Under the pieces are notes generated by a model that was not told where the DNA came from, made no database searches, and worked only from the letters and a program-made list of their open reading frames with translations. A DNA stretch of 52,516 nt, taken from NCBI GenBank assembly GCA_046063295.1, contig JBJTMA010000050.1, positions 1 to 52,516 on the forward strand, in the 5' to 3' direction. Positions 47,561 through 52,516 of this stretch are shown in pieces. Numbering within the stretch: position 1 is the first letter of the stretch; each line of letters begins with the position of its first letter. Both the position numbers and the translations under genes were made by a program. The DNA comes from Novosphingobium sp. Lineage in GTDB: Bacteria > Pseudomonadota > Alphaproteobacteria > Sphingomonadales > Sphingomonadaceae.

Positions 47561-48622
47561 ATGGCAAGGCGCCGCCAGGCCGTGACAATTAAGCATGTGG
47601 CCGCCGACGCCGGCGTGTCGCTGCAAACCGTCAGCCGTGTGATCAACAACGAACCCAACGTTCGTCCCGAAATGAAGGAGCGGGTCCAGGCGTCGATCGA
47701 CAAGCTTGGATACGTTCCCTCAATCGCAGCGCAGCGGATGAGTGGGTCGCGATCGTACCTGATCCTGGCGATCAACGACCGCGACCGCACGATAGCGGAT
47801 TGGCGGGCGCGTCAAGGTACCGACTGGGTCGATCAGATGCTGTTGGGCGGAATGCTCAAGTGCGCCGAGTTCGGGTACCGGATGATCTTCGAACTGGTCG
47901 ACACGCATAGCGACCATGTCGAGCGCGAGTTGCTCGCCGCGATTGCTGCCCTTCAACCTGATGGCATCATCCTGACCCCGCCACACTCTGACAATCCGCA
48001 GATCGTCTCGCTGCTTGACCAGCAGAGGATTCCCTTCGTCCGGATCGGATCCAAGCAAAACGGAGCAGGCATTCCAGTCTCGATGGATGACGAAGGCTCG
48101 GCGCGTAAGGCTACTCGATATTTGATCGAAAACGGTCACAGCCGGATTGGCTTCATATCGGGGGCGAACGAATACGACCTTAGCGGTTGGCGCATCGATG
48201 GTTGGCTGGAGGCTATGGCAAGCGAGGGGCTGGAAACGGTTGGGCTGCTCGCTGCGGGCGATTTCAGCTATGCTTCGGGCGAGGCAGCGGCGCGAAACCT
48301 GCTCGACCGGCCTGACCGACCCACCGCCATCATCGCCAGTAACGATCAGATGGCACTCGCCACGCTCGATATTGCGCGCTCACTTGGCTTGTCAGTTCCC
48401 CGCGACCTGTCACTGGTCAGTTTCGACAATACCCCGTTGGTCCTTTTCACCCAGCCGCCTTTGACTGCGATCGACCAGCCGATTGCAGCGACGGCATCGA
48501 AGGCGGTCGAGCTAATAATCGCTGCGCGAAATGGCGACCCCATGCCCTCGACGCTGACCATTGTGCCTGCCGAAATCATAAGCCGCGGTTCGGTCGCCCG
48601 GCTGGGTGCATCCGGTGAATGA
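47561..48622 (+). CDS. LacI family transcriptional regulator (locus B)
   Basis: TIKHVAADAGVSLQTVSRVIN HTH, PTAIIASNDQMA and VSFDN motifs. Confidence 0.94.
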   Translation: MARRRQAVTIKHVAADAGVSLQTVSRVINNEPNVRPEMKERVQASIDKLGYVPSIAAQRMSGSRSYLILAINDRDRTIADWRARQGTDWVDQMLLGGMLKCAEFGYRMIFELVDTHSDHVERELLAAIAALQPDGIILTPPHSDNPQIVSLLDQQRIPFVRIGSKQNGAGIPVSMDDEGSARKATRYLIENGHSRIGFISGANEYDLSGWRIDGWLEAMASEGLETVGLLAAGDFSYASGEAAARNLLDRPDRPTAIIASNDQMALATLDIARSLGLSVPRDLSLVSFDNTPLVLFTQPPLTAIDQPIAATASKAVELIIAARNGDPMPSTLTIVPAEIISRGSVARLGASGE

Positions 48623-49814
48623 TCCTTCGCGTTCATTTGGCATAGATCGCTTCATTTTGCTTTATGCGTTGGCTTGGGCGGGCGGCTCGATCTCCTATAC
48701 GCCGCTGCTGACCATTCTTTTGCCGGTGCAGGTGGCGGGCCTGGCGGGAATGGGCCCAGGGGTGAAATGGTTGGGGACCATAACCCTGGTCGGTGCGATC
48801 GCGGCCAGTTTGGGCGGAATCCTTTTCGGATACATTAGCGACCTTAGCCGCAACCGTCGCGGCTGGATCGGAGCAGGGCTCATCCTATCAAACGTGATGC
48901 TGCTGGTAATCGGTCAATGCCGGACCCAACCGGCGCTCATCGCGGCAATCGTTGCCTGGCAACTCTCGCTGAACATGATGCTGGGACCGTTGGCGGCGCT
49001 GGCGGGCGATCGAGTCCCCGATGACCACAAGGGCCGGCTCGGCGGTCTGATGGCCTTTGCTCCGGGAATGGGGGCCTTGTCGGGTGCACTCATTACGATG
49101 CCGTTGCTTGGTTATGCCGGCACGCGGCTGGAATTGGTGGCGCTGCTGGTGTCCCTGTGCATCACGCCCGTCCTTCTGGTCCCGCTGCCCCCGCGCGTCG
49201 AGCGCGAACCGCAGCACGACGCAAGTCGGACTGCCGCCCCCCGCAGCGGTGGGTTCCGCTTGGCAAAGATGTGGCTGTCGCGGCTCGCCGTCCAGATCGC
49301 CGAAGCCAGCTTGTTCTCCTATCTTTATTTTTGGCTGCTCAGCATCGACGGCCGGATCAGCGATCACCAGACCGCGCGCCTGTTCAGCGCCGCCATGGTC
49401 TTGGCTGCTCCGCTTGCGCTTGCCGCAGGACGCTGGTCGGATCGCACAGCGCGGCCACTCGTGCCGTTGCAAGCCTGTGCCGGTATAGCCGCTACCGGAC
49501 TGTTCGTGATGAGCCTGTCGCGAGGTATCGAGATTGCGATTGCCGGATACCTGGTGTTCGGACTTTCGAGTTCGGTATTCCTTGCACTGCATTCGGCACA
49601 GACATTGCGTATTCTTCCGCGTCCGGCGCGGCGCGCCCGCGATTTGGGGCTGTTCAACCTTGCCAACACAGTGCCTTCGCTGATCATGCCATGGCTCGCG
49701 ATCGGAGTGGTTCCCGTGCTCGGCTACGCGCCCCTGTTTGCAGTTCTGGCGGCGCTTTCGCTCGTCTCATGCCTCCTGCTCTATTCGTTGGCAAAGGAGC
49801 TGCCCCAGACTTGA
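48615..49814 (+). CDS. MFS transporter
   Basis: GYISDLSRNRR and AGRWSDR motif-A-like repeats; about 12 TM helices; start approximate (GTG 48606 or 48615). Confidence 0.8.
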   Translation: MNDPSRSFGIDRFILLYALAWAGGSISYTPLLTILLPVQVAGLAGMGPGVKWLGTITLVGAIAASLGGILFGYISDLSRNRRGWIGAGLILSNVMLLVIGQCRTQPALIAAIVAWQLSLNMMLGPLAALAGDRVPDDHKGRLGGLMAFAPGMGALSGALITMPLLGYAGTRLELVALLVSLCITPVLLVPLPPRVEREPQHDASRTAAPRSGGFRLAKMWLSRLAVQIAEASLFSYLYFWLLSIDGRISDHQTARLFSAAMVLAAPLALAAGRWSDRTARPLVPLQACAGIAATGLFVMSLSRGIEIAIAGYLVFGLSSSVFLALHSAQTLRILPRPARRARDLGLFNLANTVPSLIMPWLAIGVVPVLGYAPLFAVLAALSLVSCLLLYSLAKELPQT

Positions 49815-49837
49815 CGACTGCTTGCGCGGTGTGTCAC

Positions 49838-49851
49838 TGAGAACGTTCACA
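49838..49851. promoter_or_regulatory. LacI-family operator B (TGAGAACGTTCACA)
   Basis: Near-palindrome matching the 38715 site, 25 nt upstream of the GH3 start. Confidence 0.7.
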
Positions 49852-49875
49852 ACATATCAATCGCAGGGTGAAGTG

Positions 49876-52305
49876 ATGTCAGTCAGAAAGTGGCTTGCCG
49901 GCGCAGGTGCGGCGGTGTTTGCAACCAGCGCGGCGCTGCTTTGGGCCCAGCCCTCCCCGACCGATCCGAACGCCGCAGTGGCCCACCCCAGGTTGTGGCC
50001 GGAAGCGCATAGTCCTTCGTCGATCAGCGATGCGCAAACCGAAGCACAGATCGACGCCCTCCTCGCCAAGATGTCGCTCGAGCAGAAGGTCGGGCAGATG
50101 ATCCAGGGCGATATCAGTTCGGTCGCTCCGGCGGATCTGTCCCGCTATCCGCTCGGCTCGATCCTCGCCGGCGGTAACTCCGGACCCTACGGCGACGAGC
50201 GCGCCAACCCCGCTACCTGGCGCAAGATGGTTGCCGAGTACCGCACCGCCTCGCGCAATGCCGGTGCGGGCATTCCCGTCCTGTTCGGCGTCGATGCTGT
50301 GCATGGACACAGCAACCTGCCCGGCGCGACGATCTTTCCGCACAACATCGGTCTGGGCGCTGCCCATGATCCCGCATTGGTCCGGCGCATCGGTGCCGCA
50401 ACCGCCGCCGAAGTCGCTGGCACTGGAATTGAATGGACCTTCGCGCCGACCCTTGCGCAGGCTCAGGATCTTCGCTGGGGACGCAGCTACGAGAGCTATT
50501 CTTCGGACAGCGTTCTGGTTGCCGGCTATTCACGCGCGATGACGCTCGGCCTTCAGGGTTCTCTGGCACCGGGCAGGCCGCTTGGCCCCCGCGCAATCGC
50601 GGCCACGGCCAAGCACTATATCGCCGACGGAGGAACCGCAGATGGCCGGGATCAAGGCGACGCGAAGATTTCCGAGCAAACGTTGGTTTCGCGGCATGCC
50701 TCGGGCTATCCCGCCGCGATCGATGCCGGGGCGCTCACCGTTATGGCCAGCTTCTCAAGCTGGAATGGAGCCAAGCACCACGGCAACCAGAGCCTGCTGA
50801 CCGGTGTCCTCAAGCAGCGGATGGGCTTTTCCGGCCTGGTGGTCGGCGATTGGAACGGACACGGGCAGGTCCCTGGTTGCAGCGCAACGCATTGCCCCGC
50901 AGCGATCAATGCAGGGGTTGACCTGCTGATGGCGCCCGACAGCTGGCGCGGGCTGTTCGATGCAACCGTCGAAGACGTCAAGGCGGGGCGCATCTCGATG
51001 ACCCGGGTCGACGATGCCGTGCGGCGTATCCTCAGGGTGAAGTTCAAGCTGGGACTCATGGGTCCGAACCCCGTCGAGCGCGGCGACGTGTCACAGGTCG
51101 GAGCGCCAGACCATCTTGCGCTTGCGCGCGAAGCGGTCGCCAAGTCGCTCGTACTGCTCAAGAACAACCGGGGCCTGCTGCCGCTCACGGCTGGCTCGCG
51201 GGTCCTGATCGCGGGTTCTGGAGCTGACAACATGGCCATGCAGGCCGGTGGCTGGACCATCACCTGGCAAGGCGGCGACACCACAGCTGCAGACTTCCCC
51301 AACGGCCAGACGGTGGGACGCGCACTGGCTGCCGCCGTGTCGGCAAACGGGGGACAGGCAAACCTGTCCGCCGACGGAGCCTACGTAAGCAAGCCCGATG
51401 TTGCCGTCGTGGTGGTCGGCGAGCGGCCCTATGCCGAATACAATGGCGATTTGCCCAACCTGGCGTTCCGGACCGACGATGCCGACCAAGCGCTGATCAC
51501 GCGGCTGCGCGCTCAGGGTATCAAGGTGGTGATTGTTTTCCTGTCCGGGCGCCCGCTCTTCGTGGGCAAGCTCATCAATCAGGCGGATGCGTTTGTGGCC
51601 GCGTGGTTGCCCGGCACGCAAGGCAGCGGCATTGCCGACGTGCTCGTGGCGGACCGCGCTGGCAAGACCCGTCGCGATTTCACCGGGCGCTTGCCTTTCG
51701 CCTGGCCTGGCGATGCTCGTTCACCGGTAACGAAGCCGTTGTTCGCGCGCGGCTACGGTCTGGATTACCGGCACGCCCGTTGGGTCGGGCGTGTCAATGA
51801 GACGCCGGGTGTCGACCTCGCCGCCCAGAATGCAGCAACCACGCTGCTCACTCGCGGTGCCGTCCCGGCGCCCTGGCACATTTCGAGCGATGGCAACATT
51901 CTGGTCCGACAAGTGGACCTGGCAGCGCAGGAGGACGCGCGGCAGTTCACCTGGACAGGACCAGGTGCCGTCTCACTTGAAGGGCCACCGGTGAATTTCG
52001 CGTCTTGGTCGACCAGCGGTGCGCTGGAACTGCTTTGGCGCGTGCCGCAACCGGTTTCGCATCCCCTCACGCTGACTTTCGGCGGTGGCAGCATCGTGCT
52101 TGGCCAAGACTACCTCACCAAGCTGGCAGGCGTGACTGCGACAACTCGAATTCCGCTTCGGTGCTTTGTCCAATCGGGTGCCACGCTCGACCGGGTAGCC
52201 GTTCCCTTGCGGCTTGAAGCGGCCCCGGGCTTTGTAGTGGCAGTCAGCAGCGCCAAGATCGTCAACAACGCGGCAAGCGAGAACTGTCCGCCGCCGATAC
52301 GCTAG
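49876..52305 (+). CDS. GH3 exo-beta-1,3/1,4-glucanase (ExoP-like, C-terminal galactose-binding-like domain), secreted
   Basis: Signal peptide; MSLEQKVGQM, GVDAVHGH, FPHNIGLGA, RWGRSYESY, KHYIADGG, VGDWNG and GERPYAE motifs. Confidence 0.9.
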   Translation: MSVRKWLAGAGAAVFATSAALLWAQPSPTDPNAAVAHPRLWPEAHSPSSISDAQTEAQIDALLAKMSLEQKVGQMIQGDISSVAPADLSRYPLGSILAGGNSGPYGDERANPATWRKMVAEYRTASRNAGAGIPVLFGVDAVHGHSNLPGATIFPHNIGLGAAHDPALVRRIGAATAAEVAGTGIEWTFAPTLAQAQDLRWGRSYESYSSDSVLVAGYSRAMTLGLQGSLAPGRPLGPRAIAATAKHYIADGGTADGRDQGDAKISEQTLVSRHASGYPAAIDAGALTVMASFSSWNGAKHHGNQSLLTGVLKQRMGFSGLVVGDWNGHGQVPGCSATHCPAAINAGVDLLMAPDSWRGLFDATVEDVKAGRISMTRVDDAVRRILRVKFKLGLMGPNPVERGDVSQVGAPDHLALAREAVAKSLVLLKNNRGLLPLTAGSRVLIAGSGADNMAMQAGGWTITWQGGDTTAADFPNGQTVGRALAAAVSANGGQANLSADGAYVSKPDVAVVVVGERPYAEYNGDLPNLAFRTDDADQALITRLRAQGIKVVIVFLSGRPLFVGKLINQADAFVAAWLPGTQGSGIADVLVADRAGKTRRDFTGRLPFAWPGDARSPVTKPLFARGYGLDYRHARWVGRVNETPGVDLAAQNAATTLLTRGAVPAPWHISSDGNILVRQVDLAAQEDARQFTWTGPGAVSLEGPPVNFASWSTSGALELLWRVPQPVSHPLTLTFGGGSIVLGQDYLTKLAGVTATTRIPLRCFVQSGATLDRVAVPLRLEAAPGFVVAVSSAKIVNNAASENCPPPIR

Positions 52306-52380
52306 CGCCGGACCTGCACGCTGAAGAAATGCGTGCAAGCGGTCGATCAGGCTACTGCTCAATGGTTGTGCAATGCTATC

Positions 52381-52394
52381 TGGCGGAGAGGGTG
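52381..52394 (-). mobile_element. tRNA-Ser 3'-end fragment, probable att site of an integrative element
   Basis: Minus strand CACCCTCTCCGCCA resembles a tRNA-Ser acceptor end (G discriminator + CCA) but lacks the preceding TTCGAATC T-loop; flanked by AT-rich DNA and CCCACA repeats. Confidence 0.6.
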
Positions 52395-52516
52395 TCTGCC
52401 CAAATGTGTAATAAGCTACTGTTTTTACGGCTATATTTTTTCTATCTCATTGCCAGACCCACATTCAGCCCCACACTTCGTTGCCAATGCCTTTTGGGCT
52501 TAGCGGCAAACCGCGA

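Noticed and set aside
52381-52460. Intact tRNA gene
   Set aside because: Only the last 14 nt match; no T-loop, anticodon or D arm, so it is treated as an att remnant.

Overview
GC-rich alphaproteobacterial DNA; gene content and style suggest Sphingomonadaceae (Novosphingobium-like), which is an inference. From left to right: a partial thiolase and a nitronate-monooxygenase-family gene (minus); a cytochrome b561-YceI fusion, trhO-like rhodanese, TauE/SafE permease and cydAB with a 34-aa small subunit; GH42 beta-galactosidase plus an MFS sugar permease; an AcrAB/OMF RND pump convergent with a TetR-controlled OMF-EmrAB pump; then about 30 kb of two back-to-back TonB-dependent glucan-utilisation loci. 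Locus A (21.96-38.5 kb) has GH31, MFS, GH3, LacI, two GH144-like beta-1,2-glucanases, a TBDR, a DUF6445 oxygenase and a flavin-dependent halogenase, linked by repeated TGTAACCGGTTACA operators. Locus B (38.7-52.3 kb) has a TBDR, two halogenases, SapC, a JmjC/cupin, GH16, LacI, MFS and GH3, linked by G(T/A)GAACGTTCAC operators. Two candidate novel systems stand out: (i) a halogenase plus 2OG-Fe(II) oxygenase (plus SapC) module beside each sugar TBDR and apparently under the sugar regulators; (ii) a beta-1,2-glucan regulon that includes an alpha-glucosidase, suited to scavenging alpha-1,6-cyclised periplasmic glucans of other bacteria. The window ends at a tRNA-Ser 3'-end fragment that looks like an att site. 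All family calls come from motif recognition by eye, not database searches.
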